Positions 25,166 to 38,481 of a stretch of DNA of 64,000 nt are shown piece after piece; the stretch's first letter is position 1; every line of letters starts with the position of its first letter. Source of the stretch: Aplysia californica (Eukaryota); the NCBI RefSeq assembly GCF_000002075.1, contig NW_004797320.1, positions 202,985-266,984 on the forward strand, given 5' to 3'. The notes beneath the pieces are model-generated. The model saw only the letters and a program-made list of their open reading frames with translations, searched no databases and had not been told where the DNA came from. The translations under genes and the position numbers were made by a program.

Positions 25166-26574
25166 ATAGCTAGGCTACCAGTCCCTGAGATTGTTCATAA
25201 TATTTATTGAGAGATTAAAAACGTGGGAAAATCATGAATTCCTAAGGTTTTATTAGCAGAATCTAAATAGTCCTAATCCGCTCGTCCGGTATTCTTCAAT
25301 CATGCACCTAGAACTAATAATTAACAGCTTGACAGCCAAATTTGGTTTGGATCCGATTTTAGCCCCATTGGTACTTCTGTTCATCTATGCTTGTAGGCTA
25401 CTAACCCTACCTCTACTGAACTGTGCTATCGTCGGTAATCCTTGCCTTCTGCGGTCCCAATTACTACGGTTTTGTAAAGTTTACGTTCGGCCAACGACAT
25501 TGCCTCGTAAGTTGTGAGAACATGTGCCGATGAATTTTTGATTATTTCGGGAGAATGGGGGGCAGGGGATGGGGGGTGGGGTGTTCAGGGGTCCCTCCCC
25601 CCTGACAAACTTTTAACAATGAATAGATCTACCGTTCCGAGATTCTTCATTGAGAGACTTCAAAAGATTTTTTTTTTTACTCTTGCACCCGTCTCATGTT
25701 CACATTTTTATACTTCCTTTTCTAGTAGTATTTTGCGTGCTGAACACGAATAATGGCCTTCATTTTTGCCGCAAATCAATAGTTATTGATTTATTGATGT
25801 TTGAATATAATATTCTGTCCCTGTTGTGCAAGAAAAACTCTGAAATTATGCGAACTAAGCCCAAAAGTGTGAAATTATGCGATTCTGTTAATTTTAACAA
25901 AGAATGGTAAAGGAAAATAATCAGATTTTATGATGAAAAAAAGATCAAATTTTGCTAAATTATGTAGGGTGCTTAAAACCACAGGGACCGATTATTTGAC
26001 TTAATTTAACAACCTGGGGGGTTTCAGGGGGTGCCCCCCCCCCCCCCCCGACCTAAAAAGAATCTGGGGGTTTCAGGGGGGCATGCCCCCCTGCATTTCA
26101 CAATGATTTGATGTTCTGGCAATTAGGATTGATATACCTGAAATCAATTGATAATTGCAAGGGTTTTAGTGTCCATACGTGGTACAGCAAAAATTGTGAC
26201 AGTTTAGCCCTCAAATCAATGCATCTGTGTGGGTGCATAAGTACAAATTTACTGATTAAAAAATGGGGAAAGTCATCAACTCCTAAGGTTGAGACGCAGA
26301 GAGATCTCGGCAAAAGTAGCCTAGTCCCCATCCGCTGGTCCAATCCGGAATTCTTCAGTCTTGCCAAGAATTTAAATCACGGTTACTGTATTTATGTATT
26401 TTATATTTATTTAAATAATTAACAGTAACATAGCAACAAAATAATAAAAATAAAAAACATGTCAATCTGGCATTCCTGTGAGTCATCTACCGGAAGTCTT
26501 GTGCGGTCTCACTGCAAACTCGTGACCGCTGAAAGGATTACCCATTGTCTATCCTCCTCCTATCATTCATATTT

Positions 26575-27106
26575 GCAGTGACGACGTTCATGGCACCGCA
26601 GTTACTTTTGCAGGCTACGTTCATGGCGCCCTGAATCATCTACCATTGGCACAGAGGCATGACTGAAACGCTATGGTCGCACATAGTCAATGAGGAAACA
26701 GCATAAGAATACGAGTTGTATGATTAGTATGAAAAATAATGCAGCGGTGCTCCGACTGCAACGGAGTTTACGCCATGGAGGGCAAAGGCGGGCACAGTTG
26801 ACAAGTCCTCGCTCACTCAGGGCGCGGAACACGACTTCCTCTTCCCGTGTGGAGACCCTGTGGCCCTTGACAATTTGAAAATAAAGGCTGCTCTAAGAAA
26901 CAAGGGAGAATGGAAGAAGGCCAAGGCGGAAAGAGGGGTAGGAAGGGGTGAAATTTTTTTTTTTTTTAAATGAGGAAGCAAAAGGGAAGAGGGTAGGTGG
27001 TGAAATGAGCAAGCTCGTTCTTAAATTGCAAACTAGATCTACTTTCAAGGTGCTGTGAATGTAGCCTGCAAACTACATTCAGGGCACTGTGAACGTAGCC
27101 ACTGCC
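26575..27106. mobile_element. Putative non-autonomous DNA element with imperfect TIRs
   Basis: gcagtgacgacgttca...tttgcaggctacgttca at left is mirrored by tgaatgtagcctgcaaa...tgaacgtagccactgc at right; no clear TSD. Confidence 0.5.
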
Positions 27107-27229
27107 TACCATCTTATCTTGCAATCGTATGTTACAAAACAATCTCAGTTAATCCTGCAATCCTACCCCTACCCCTCACAAAAACAGTATCACACCATCT
27201 TTACAAAGAGCCATAAAACAGCCAAAGAT

Positions 27230-27650
27230 AAACTCCAACTGAAGATATAAAATGAAAATCTTCCGAAAGAAGAACCACCAACATACCTAGGAGTCAAACT
27301 TTACCAAAGTCTGACCTTGAAAAGCCAAGTGGAAAGCATAAAGAACTTGAGACAAGGTGAAAAGAAGACTCTAGCTTTTAAAGAAACCCGTAAGCAGTTC
27401 ATGGTCATCAGACAAACAAACTCTAAGAGCTCTATTCCTTGGTTATGTCCGATCTTCCCTGGAATTCAGCAATAGCCTACTCACAACTACTTGCATTACC
27501 CTTGACAAGGTTCTAAGTATAATACCCTTTGTTTCATAAACGGTGGCATGAGATCTACACCTAGTGCCACATGTGAAATTCTTTCAAATATTGAGCCCCT
27601 GGGAATTCGCAGAGATAAAGCAGTTTTGGGAGCTCCTTGAAAGAACCAAA
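27230..27650 (+). mobile_element. Degenerate non-LTR retrotransposon RT C-terminal fragment
   Basis: Broken frames containing PTYLGVKL and LRALFLGYVRSSLEFSN, typical of the LINE RT thumb region. Confidence 0.55.
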
Positions 27651-28674
27651 AGAATGTGCCCCAACCACCCAAACAGGAAATTAGTAGAAACATGGAAACC
27701 AAAGGTGTGGGCGTGGATATACAATACAAGGTGTTCAGCCAAAAAACAAAAATTAGAAAAAAAATTCCAAACTAGCGGAAAATTGTCTGTTTCTCCGATT
27801 TCTGTAATTTCGCGAGCGCCTGATTTCACCACGCTGCCTCACACACATATATATAATATATAGCTTGAATTTGAAAATACGCTAACACACAGATGATAGA
27901 GAGGGATTATTGTTGTCATTTTGTGATGTGTGTATGTGACCCCTGATGAACCATAATGCTGAACACTGCGACTTCTGCATTGTTTGTCACTTTGTCACAT
28001 TGTCAAATCTCAAATAAAATCAGTGTAAGGCTCTTGTTTTGTTTATTGATAAATACTTGGTTGGCCGGGCTGGATGGTTGAGTAGGAGGAAACTGATACT
28101 TCTTTTCTGTGTGGTCTGCTTGGTTGGACAAATTAGATCTAGGACATTATCTATTATTTTTTTCACCACGTGACTATTCCCTTCAAATACTGGTGGTTAA
28201 AATCTTTAAATGTTGCAGTTATTATATAAATAGCTATGGTGTATGGAAACAATACTTTCAAGCTGTTCCAAACAATACGTTGTAGAAGGAAAGCTGTGCC
28301 CATGTAGTAGTCTTTGTATTGCATGTAAAGTACCCTTTTCTTTAAATTTTACTCTCACACAGTACAGTTGTTTTCTTCTTTTCTAAATTATAGTCTTGAA
28401 AGAAAAGTAAATTGTTTTAGATTCTAAGTAATCAAACCCATTTGCTTGACATTTTGTGCATACAGCCCCATCCCTCCTACCATGCACACACACCTTAAGA
28501 AAGAATGAATTATCAAACCAGACAAAATAAACAACAGATTCTGTAGGTCAAGGTTAAAGGCAAAGGTTTCATTTACCGTTATAACAATAAAAGTCAGCTG
28601 TTTGATTTATTTTCAGATATTTGAGGACTCTTTCTCCCTGGAGTTGCAGCTCCTGTTGAAATCAGCATTGGACT

Positions 28675-28782
28675 ATGGATACACAGAGATCACCTCACAC
28701 GAAAGTGTTCATACAAAGAGATTTCTCAGAGGGCATACCTGTCAAGTTCCAAACCAGGTATCCACCTGAACTGGAAGGAAGG
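28675..28782 (+). CDS. GOLGA7: Golgin A7 (GCP16/Erf4 family), coding exon 1
   Basis: [36 protein letters not shown] matches the GOLGA7 N-terminus (KVFIQRD...FQT..P.ELE.R). Acceptor tttcag at 28611-28616 implies an upstream non-coding exon; donor gtaagt at 28783. Confidence 0.93.
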
Positions 28783-29744
28783 GTAAGTTCACGAGAATGT
28801 GTTATTAGTTTCTATCCTTTTCAGGTAAATTTTATGGTCACAGAATGTTTTTGAATTTCAAAGGTTTACCGTACCTGGTTTGATTCTCGTGTCTGAGCAA
28901 CTTTGCACTTTTTGCAGTTCAGTTCCTGGAGTAGCAAAGATTAAGAATCTTCCAGTGAAAAAAGGATGAATTAAAGATCACTTTTAAATGATCAAATTAT
29001 GTTTTTTGTGTACCACTTTCAAAGATGGCCTTAAAGTTGAAAAAGTGAAAAAAGAGTGAACGGATGAACATGTAACCATCTGTGTGGGGGGAAGTTTTGA
29101 ATTATTCCCCAAAGTCTGAAAAGACTTGTCAGCTTAGAAATTAATTGTAAGAGTAACTTCAACATCTAGGTATGGCTTAAAAGAGTGTGAATCAGTCATA
29201 TTGTGCTCTTGTAGAAAAAACAGTGGATATCAAGCATCTAGTATTGTTTGAATTCAAGAAAAAAGAACTACCGGGAAATTTAACACCCCTGGGGCAGTGC
29301 CAATGACTGTAGTGTCTTTAGGCCATTCCCAAAGGGGGGACATTTCTCGTTCAAGCACAGTAGAATTGTAAATNNNNNNNNNNNNNNNNNNNNNNNNNNN
29401 NNNNNNNNNNNNNNNNNNNNNNNNNNNNNNNNNNNNNNNNNNNNNNNNNNNNNNNNNNNNNNNNNNNNNNNNNATTTCTCGTTCAAGCACAGTAGAATTG
29501 TAAATGGGCTGATTCATGTCACGCTCATAACTGTGCCTGATCTACAACAGGGAACTGCTGGTTTTACTTTCGCAATCCTTACTATTGTCATTTTCCTCTA
29601 CCTCTTTTGTATGTTTGTCACTCCCTTGTGACCTGCCATTTCCGGGGTGCCTTGATAGGTGAAGCAGACCTTGTGCTGTTGAAAGCTAGAGAGGTGAGCA
29701 GAGTAAGTCTGATTCCCTGTAAAAACTTCTCTGTTGACACCCAC

Positions 29745-29803
29745 CCCTTGGCGCTCATATGACCTTATGCAGTTGCGAGCGCCGTAGAACCCTCTACTAC
29801 TAT
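29745..29803 (+). mobile_element. 3' tail shared with the SINE family (retroelement 3' end)
   Basis: ggcgctcatatgaccttatgcagttgcgagcgccgtagaaccctctactactat matches the tails at about 3425-3470 and 9060-9100, but the upstream sequence differs. Confidence 0.6.
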
Positions 29804-30161
29804 AATAAAAAGGAAATTTAAATTAAGGATATGTAAAGATAATAGTGTTTTGTGATTTTCAGTGAAAAGAGATAAAGGCTATCTTCATTTGCTGAATTTT
29901 ACGCCATCTCCTGTCACTGCTGTTTGTGCACTGTAGTTTAGGCGCTCTTTGCAGCCCACTGCCTATTTCCATTTTGTTTTGTTTTAAGGGCTATGAAGTC
30001 TCTGTTTTAATCACTGTCGGATTTAAATATGGTATGAGGAAGGGAAGTCATGGACTCAAGCTTCAAGTGACAAAAATTTGACTGATGGTTAGTTATAGCA
30101 TTACTGTCTGTCTAGTATTTCATATATTTTGTTATTTCTTTTTCCTCCCTTTCTTATGAAG

Positions 30162-30314
30162 GTTGATCGAGCAACATATGAGTCTACCATCAATACTATC
30201 AATGAAATGTTTGCTGAGGCGGAAAGTACGGGGTCAAGAACGTACTGTGAAAGCTGTTTTGCCTGTCTGACTGCATACCTTGCATTGATGTGTATGGATA
30301 CCTTCTATGAAAAG
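30162..30314 (+). CDS. GOLGA7: Golgin A7, coding exon 2
   Basis: VDRATYESTINTINEMFAEAESTGSRTYCESCFACLTAYLALMCMDTFYEK with the CxxCLTAY palmitoylation segment; aag acceptor, gtaagt donor, phase 0. Confidence 0.95.
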
Positions 30315-30687
30315 GTAAGTTACGCTATATATAGAGTTAGGGAGTTTTTTCCTCTTTTGCAAAGTGGTAATGGACCATAGTGAGTGAATTTTACTTTAAG
30401 ATCTCCATGAATTGATGGGAAATGAGATTTATCTGTTAATTATAGGGTAATGTCGCATATATAAATATATATTTCCTTCACAGGGCACCAGCCACTTCAA
30501 ACTCAGTCACAAACTTTTACAGCAATCTCTGGGAAAGTTGTACGTGGTGTTGTCTTCTAAAATTTCAGAGTAAAGCAGTGTATATAGAAAAACTTTTTGT
30601 TTGCAAAAACTGGCAGACACAGTCAGTATTGGCTGGGCCTAAGGCGTGAGGGATTCCAGTATTACCAGGGCCAGGGAGAAGTGAGAG

Positions 30688-31462
30688 CAGTGGCGGTGGG
30701 TAGTGAAGGGCTCACAGCCCCCCTCTATCCCAAAGCAAATGAAAATAACGAAATATGCAGCTGAAACTGTTATGATGGCATGCAATAAACACAAAGTGAT
30801 CAACTTGGCGGGTTGCTCGTTTATCCAATCACTGTTGTCACTTCTTACAACTATAGTAACCTAACTGCTAATCAAATGTCTTTAGGGCTTAGCAAAGTTC
30901 GAACCCGTTCCCACGGCCCCTCCTTAATTGAAACCCCTCTTGTAAAAAGGTAGAAGACTTGAAGAAAAAAAACATTACAGAGAGGGCTCACGCTCTCCTA
31001 GCTCTGACAATGGGGTGACAGTTTGCGACACACTTTCCCCCAATGTCACAGTTGCCTATGCACTCATTGGACCTTTGTTAGGTGCGTTCTACTTTCCGCA
31101 ACTGTACGACCTGGTCCAGCTCATAGACTGTATATGTTTGGAGTGCTGTGTGTACCGTTGAGGTTTAACAGTTATTAATTACATTAAACCACTTTTGAGG
31201 CAACTTTTTCATCAGATGAAAATTAATTGGAGAAATTTGGAGGTGAAACAGCTTCGTCCCCACCATCCCGAAGGATTTAACGTAGAACAAAGAGATGGAA
31301 GACAAAGGTGATACTTCTCATTTGAATGGCTCTCAAAATACCGTTGCTTGCCGTGAGTATAGAAAAACCATCGCTGTTTCGTTCTTATTGCTTGCTATTT
31401 GGTGGTAAAAAAGTGGGAGCAACCTAAGCTCCACCCAAATTTTGGTCCGCCCACCGCCACTG
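30688..31462. mobile_element. hAT-type non-autonomous element in GOLGA7 intron
   Basis: TIR cagtggcggtggg / cccaccgccactg with exact 8-bp TSD agtgagag (30680-30687, 31463-31470). Confidence 0.9.
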
Positions 31463-31589
31463 AGTGAGAGTTACACTTAGCCTGATGTTGTGAGGGCTCA
31501 TTGCCATAGCTAAATAATGCCTTTTGTTATAATTATGTTTGAATGGACTTGTAGCAAACATATTTCACTCTAATGTTTAATCTTCACAG

Positions 31590-31691
31590 ACATTAAAGAA
31601 GGTGCGCCGTTACCTTGAGGAACAAAATCAGAGAATCTACATGTCAAGAGGAGTCATGATAATTGATCCTGCTGAGAGAGGTTTGAGAATA
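31590..31691 (+). CDS. GOLGA7: Golgin A7, coding exon 3
   Basis: TLKKVRRYLEEQNQRIYMSRGVMIIDPAERGLRI; cag acceptor; followed by the U12 donor GTATCCTTT. Confidence 0.95.
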
Positions 31692-32239
31692 GTATCCTTT
31701 CAGTCGTGATGAAAATGACTATTTGTGGTCATCATGCTTTTCGAAGCACTGATTGTGGAAACGAGAGATGTCTTATTTTTGTTCTAGACCGAACTAGGTT
31801 TTTCATGTGGGTGGTGGGAGGATTCCAATGGTAGGATGCCAGTGGTAGGTTTAACTTCTTTTCTTTGCCTCTGTTGACTTTGTCTATCTTTATTTTTCCT
31901 GGCACTAAAAGTAAATTGCAGTTATATTATTGCGTCACTGTGCTTTTATTTGCTTAAACGTAACACAAATGCAGTGTAATGGAAATGCCATCTCTTCTTT
32001 CTCAGTGTCATATGTTGTGAGGGTATCGCTTCTATGACTAGTAGTGTAATATAGTGCAGACAAGTCGAAATCACAATTTCTTTTTGTATATTATATTTTT
32101 CCTTGGCTTCAAATCAAAATAATTATATGATAAGACTTTATTTAATCTGTAGTGGTACCTTCACTCCTGAAGGGAAGGATATGCATGGGCAACTGTTGAG
32201 GTAATATAAACAATTTTATACAAGCCTTTGGGGGCTTAA

Positions 32240-33363
32240 CCTTTTGCCACTCGGAGGCGCCGATGTGCGCCGTCATCGCTAACCCCCGTAGTCGCCGATG
32301 TGTGCCGACACGCCCACTCGATTCACCCGTTCGCACTACTTTCGTTTCTATGTTGTCTCGCTTCCTGCGAGGTCGCACGAGATTGCCGAGCTTATAGCGA
32401 GAATCTAGAGTGGTTGCCCTTTACTGTCGTGTTTATTTGGTGAAAATCGATCGAAGCACGCGAGAGCGGCGATTTTTTTAATTTCGTGCTTTTTAGAGAC
32501 CTAAATCTAACTTCGTGGATGAAATTTTGCGTCGCCACAGGCACTGTAAACGATGGAGACACTTATAATTGGGATTTAAATGCCGATATCGTCGACCAAG
32601 GGGCTAGATCTAGTGCTAGTAGTACAAGTAGTCACTCGGACACTCAGTCGTGAAAGAGAGAGAGAGCGAGAACTATAGTAGGAGAGCGAACACGATGTCG
32701 CAGGTCTAGATCTAGGCTCTAGGGGGAGGGGAACAACTATGATAGTGATGTTGATGGTGAGATCGTTGCTGGAGGTGATGATTTAGAAGACTGATGAAGA
32801 AGATAGGCCTAGCACCCACAGCTAGATCTAGATCTAGTACTACATACTTGCTGCACTACGACGACGTAAAAAAGGGAGGAGCAACACTGGGACTGTGGGC
32901 TCTGTCACAACAAATCCTTTAGCTCATGTTGTGATCATATACATGGTAAAAAGGGGTCGTGCCACTACTGTGTAAAGACCAGAAACTTTACAAAGCTTGG
33001 CAGAGGGAGTGAGACAGTGACAGGATGCCATTTGGGCCAGGTTAGGCCTTGCAAAAGGCTGTTTTGGGTAAAACATCATGAACTTCTGCGGGCAAAAAAT
33101 GTGGGTTGTGTCTTTTGGGGTTTTTTTTTTCACTTCAGAATTTTTTTTTACCTAGTACACAATCATTTTTCGTACAAAACCATACATTTTCTTGTAGTTT
33201 ATTCATTTATCTGTGCTCTGACACCTAAACTGTAATTTTAGACTCATTCTCTGATTTTTAATGATTTTTTAAAATAATATAGTTATGCAGTCTAAGCAGA
33301 GTTAGGTCCCTTTTGCCAGAATTTCAGCCTTGTTGGGCAGGTATAGCTCTGAGGGTGAAAGGG
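32240..33363. mobile_element. piggyBac-like non-autonomous element inside the U12 intron
   Basis: TTAA|ccttttgccactcggag ... ctctgagggtgaaaggg|TTAA (imperfect TIR, 12/17 matches). Confidence 0.65.
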
Positions 33364-33786
33364 TTAAGAGTACTTTTCTCAAGACACAGTGTTTTTTTCA
33401 TTTTGTACGGAAAGAAAGGGGTAGGGTGGTGGGGTGTCAGTTTATGTAGTAATTGAATCGGGCTTGCATACGCAATGAAATTTGGTCCCCGTTTGCGGGT
33501 GTATTTATGGAATGGATCGGACCATAGGTGACTGACTTTCTCAATTTCGCTTGGCTCTATTTCTGGACCAATATAAATTAAACTTGGCAACCAATCAGAA
33601 AATAGGGCAAATTAATAATATACTGACGTTGAAGTTTGAAAACATAACTTTACTTATATATTTGGTGTCAGAAACACTTTCATATCTGGTTTTCCCTAAC
33701 TATAAGGAGCTTGATTTTCAATGTCAAGAAGTAAGAAATCTATCTTTCCTCATAAGTGTTCTCAAATTTGAAAGTTCAATGTCAAG

Positions 33787-33873
33787 TCATCATCATCATT
33801 GCCTTTCTCACCCTGCAATGGGGTATAGGCTGCAAACACTTTCCATCTTTCTCTATCCTGGGCTAGCCTCTTG
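33787..33873 (-). mobile_element. 5'-truncated RTE 3' end
   Basis: Reverse complement reads gcccaggatagagaaagatggaa...gcctatacccc...gggtgagaaaggcaatgatgatgatga, homologous to 15165-15255. Confidence 0.75.
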
Positions 33874-34380
33874 ATGTTATTCCGTGTCTTCCCTCTTTTC
33901 TGTACATCAATTTATGTGATTCTTTGGAGCTCAGATAGGAATGGTTTCTCTGGATGGCAGTCTTACACAGGTTTGACTGTATATGTGAAGATAAAAAAAT
34001 AAAAATTTACTGATCTCCACAGAGAAATTTGCTGCGGCGTGTCAAATATGTACAGGCACACACANNNNNNNNNNNNNNNNNNNNNNNNNNNNNNNNNNNN
34101 NNNNNNNNNNNNNNNNNNNNNNNNNNNNNNNNNNNNNNNNNNNNNNNNNNNNNNNNNNNNNNNNNNNNNNNNNNNNNNNNNNNNNNNNNNNNNNNAAATT
34201 ATTACAAAATAACATTATTTTTCCACATCTGACAGTGCCTGTATAGCACTTTTTGATGATGATATGAATTAATTTTTATGTCTTTTGGTTCTTGCTTTTG
34301 GGTAATTGGAACATTTACTTCTTACAGGTGACTGATTCTGAATTTAATGGGTTATCACACGTTCCTTAACTTATTTCCAG

Positions 34381-34422
34381 CTTGAAATTGACATATCCAG
34401 CATTGACACCCCCCAGCGATGA
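34381..34422 (+). CDS. GOLGA7: Golgin A7, last coding exon
   Basis: LEIDISSIDTPQR* continues the conserved ERGLR(V/I)(I/L)EI motif. A long AT-rich 3' region follows, with a candidate AATAAA at 37686-37691. Confidence 0.88.
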   Translation, partial: LEIDISSIDTPQR

Positions 34423-37400
34423 TTCTTCAAGGCTCGATGACAGCTGATTTTTTTTTTTACCCTGTACAGGAAGTTGTTTTCATCTATTGTACTGTGACCA
34501 GCATAAAAAGCATTTCTCCTGATCTCTGTAGACTTGAATCACATCTGTTTTGACCGGAACGATAAGCTTCATTTTCCCCTGTGATTTTAATGTTACAAGA
34601 TCTATTAAAAATATCGTGTCAGGCAAAACTTTTTCTCTCCATGAGATAATGTTGATTTAATTTGAAATCGGTGCTTTTGTGATCCTGAGTATTTCTTTTT
34701 TAGAAAGTTTTAAATAATTTTTTAAGACAATTTAATCAGCGCAGTGGTCAGAGCTGGAAGAAAAATGACTTTTCTACTGATGTGCTACCAGTGAACAAAA
34801 TTCAACTTCGGAATGTATAAAAAAAACGAAAGTTGAATACTGTGTACATAGTAACTACACTCTGATCATCTTTATTGCTAGATAAGATTTGATGTCCTCA
34901 TGTCATTTTTAGTGCCGTCATTTTTCTCTCCACTCTTCTCCCTAACCATATTTTTCTGCTTTCTTCTGCCTTTTATGATTGAAAGGTATCCTTATGGTGA
35001 AGAGCAACGGGGCAAATATGATGATATTGAATGTGAACCTAGTCTGTGTTTTTGCTTTGTAAACATACAAAAAGTACTTGCAGTGCCCCTCTAAAGTTCT
35101 GTATGGTTATATCTATGATCTATGAGTAAAACTCACAGTTTTGGCATCAAGGGTTATTCCAATTTTGTCATTTTGTTTGTTTAAATTATGAAAAAGCTGC
35201 GGACGTAAAAAAAAAAAAACGGTGCACCATAAATAAAAGGAAAGGGTCACTGAATGAACTTTTTTCCTTCTAATTTTGTGAAGTATTGACATGCTGAAAG
35301 TTTTATTCTCTTCTGTCATTTCTAAAACGAAACCCATTGACTTGGTATTGTTGAATGTAACTCAGAAAACTTAACTGTCCCCTCTTAAATCTCATATTTT
35401 ATTTTGGAAGCAAAATACCATCAAATCAACACCATGCATTACTGCTGCCTTCAGCCTCCATTTTGTGTCTGTAGTAATTCATTTTAACATTTTCATCAAG
35501 TTCGTTAAAATGCCATACAAATGTGTAAACTGTAAATACTCAATGTCTAATTTAATTGAAAATGATTTTAATATTATGTTTTGCATATCTTTTATATATT
35601 GCTTTCCCTGTAGTTAGGTTCACCCTGTAAATAAGTCTACATCTTTCATTTTCAAATATTCACTGTAAAATGAAATCCCTCTACACTTGCTACACTTTGT
35701 GTGGCTCTTTTCACTGCAGAGTTGTGATCTTTGTATTGCTTGTTCTTCGGATTTTTCTGTTGTTATTTTCCTCATCACTCTTAGTGTTTGTCATATATAT
35801 ATATTCTATCTGAACTGTATGAAGGATGATGAATGTAGTTTTCGTCGATGTTGTTGAAATGAGTGTTTATGCTGTGATATTAGTGATAGTTGTTTGGGTA
35901 TCTCACACTTTATTTTGTTCCAAGAACAATTGTAAGGTGAAAGTTTTTATCAGGTTTCTTTGTTTGGCTTTAGGCTCTTGGGGAAATGATAAACATGTGC
36001 ATTAGGAACATCTTAAAAATGGCAGTAGGAAATTTGGAGGCTTAAAGATGGTATTATCGAGATTTCAGTATTCAAACCTCTTTCTAGTCCTCTGCACTTT
36101 TTGGAGAAATAGCTCACAACTGTATGTTGTAGAGCAAACTCATGGGGAGCATTTTCAGTTTTTTTAAACAGCCATTTTTTCAATTTTGTTTAATTTTTGT
36201 GAATGTGTTACACAGTTTGAATTAGAGCAGAAATTTTCCTTGACACTGGGCACGTCTTTTGCAGCCATAACGAAGAGTTAGCTGACATTTTTTCCCCTGT
36301 TTGAAGTGTTCGTCTTATTTTGTTAATTCCACCTTTGGTCTAAGTCTAAGAGTTTTACTTCGTAAGCTCGAATGATTTCTTGTTTTTGTCCTGCTATAAT
36401 TGTATTGTTTTGAGCAATATTATTGTATTATTATGTTTTGTTGTCAGCAAAATCATATAATTTCTCTTTTCTCATGGACACTCTTTATTATTACACTGCA
36501 CTCTCTAAACATTATTAACAGACTTTATTTTAGGAATATGGCTGCGGGCCTTTCCCTTCTTTGTCATCATAGCTTGTTACAAGACACAGGACTACAGTTT
36601 GTAACCTTTTTTGGGGGGGAGAGAGGTTTAGACCCGATTTCAAAAGGCTAGCTCAACTTTATGTGTGGAGTTTTCTTTTAATGGAGTTTGTAGATTTTCT
36701 CTGCCTTGTTTATAAGAGTTTCTGTGTTCAGTCGGCTGTGAAGCCAGAATCTGACCGTGTATTATTTGTGAAGGGGAACAGGGTATTAGAGAATAATAAA
36801 ATTATAATCATGAAAAGCAGTAGTGATTATGTATTGCTGATTTGCATTTTAACTTGAAAAGTGGCTTTTAAACTTGTAGTGAAGTATGCTCTTTGTCCAG
36901 CTGTTGTCTTTCAGTTTTTATAGTTTTTTGGGGGGGACAAATATCAACAGTGATTCATAATTTTCATTTGTGTCTGCTAACAATTCAAAACTCAATTAAA
37001 TGCATTTTGTACATTTTTCCATGTTCTTTGGCTTTTATTATGATTTTAATTTTACAGAATTTAAACAAAAATGATTGTTCAAAAATTCCATAAATAATTC
37101 CTTAAAGTCACAACAATTGTCATTTCATGTAGGCGAAAAGAATAGACTTAAGAAATGCTTGAATCATTGAAATGGTGGAAAATATGAAGTAGGACCAATC
37201 GGCAGAACCTTGACATTCCAATGTAACCTTGCTGTAAAGGAGAGTAAATGTTTTATAAATATTTGTCACCGTTAAAAGAAGTACATTACTGCCAGTGCCT
37301 GGCACCATAAAGTAGAATGTGTTTGTAGACAAAATGTTGTTCTGATAGTAGATTGGATTTGTAAGTGAAATTTATCCTTTGTGAGTGTGAAGTTTTCACC

Positions 37401-38481
37401 TCAATATATGAAGGGTCACTTCAGACTTCATAGTCATACAACATTGATGTCTTTAATTTAGCACTGCCCTAATGGATTGGCAGCGAACAGGTCATATATA
37501 GCTGTGTGGGATGAAACATTTTGAGGTTTCTTCTGCTTCAGCTTTAAAATTGTAGATCTAAGTGGTTAGAGTTCAGGGCTGCGTTGTTTCTGTGTCACAT
37601 GATTACAATTCATTGTTTGTCAGGATTTTTCATTTTTCTGGCTTGATGTCATTTGAAAAAAAAATTGATGTGATAAATGTCCTGAAATAAAACATTTGAT
37701 GTCTTGTTTAAAAAACTTTCTGTGTTTGTGAATTTCCTGCTGATGGCCTTGGCAGGTTCATTTTATATCTACTCCTTTTACTTTCTTGTCCTTGAAGAAT
37801 CTTGGTATTGCTGTGGTAGCATGCACCCAGGGTGACATGAAAAGCATGCTCTAATACGTACGTGCTATTAAATTAATGGCAAACTGTTGTTTATCCTGCC
37901 CGTGATCTTCTGCGATTGATTGCATCATTGAGCTGAGCTTACCCCCGAGCTGTGAAGTTCTATGGTGAGCGATCAAACAACAACATTCTTAATTATGGCA
38001 CAGCCATCTGCCCGGCCGGGCACAACTGGTCGCTGGCTTTCCTCATTGACAACAATTTTGTCTCACACCTTGTGAAAATATGTTGAAAAATTAGACCTTC
38101 AGAATCAAAATGTCTGTTATCTGTGCTATTTATTATGTAGACCTACTTAGGAAGTGTGCTTGGAACTAATTGTTAGTTACTCCTGAGGCTGAATGGTTCT
38201 TCATGGAGCTCTTATGAGCCAGTCAATATATAGGCCTATGTTCAAATACTAGTGGCTAAGATTGATCAATTGTTTTGAGGGGTTAGTGAGTAAGGGAGGG
38301 AATGGTACCTTGTGAAGAAGCTATGAAGTTAAGAAGAGTTCATAAGAAAGAGTAGGCCTACATCATTGGATTTTCAGGATACAACAAACTGGGGTTTGAA
38401 AATACGCAGGGCAAGAGACCACAATGGGTCAACCTTACTAAAGTGTCTTGGTGCAGGCCAGTGTTATTTATTCCACAATGC

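Larger units (their letters stand above)
31692..34380 (+). other. GOLGA7: U12-type (minor spliceosome) GT-AG intron
   Basis: 5' splice site GTATCCTTT (31692-31700); branch site TTCCTTAAC (34362-34370) followed by a 10-nt spacer ending in CAG at 34380; the join keeps the frame (GLRI|LEI). Confidence 0.93.

Noticed and set aside
25430-26520. GOLGA7 non-coding first exon (candidate donors at 25507 and 26478; CCGGAAGT at 26490)
   Set aside because: Several candidates and no way to choose without transcript data.
29342-29505. 32-bp direct repeat around a 100-N gap
   Set aside because: Most likely a contig-overlap assembly artefact.
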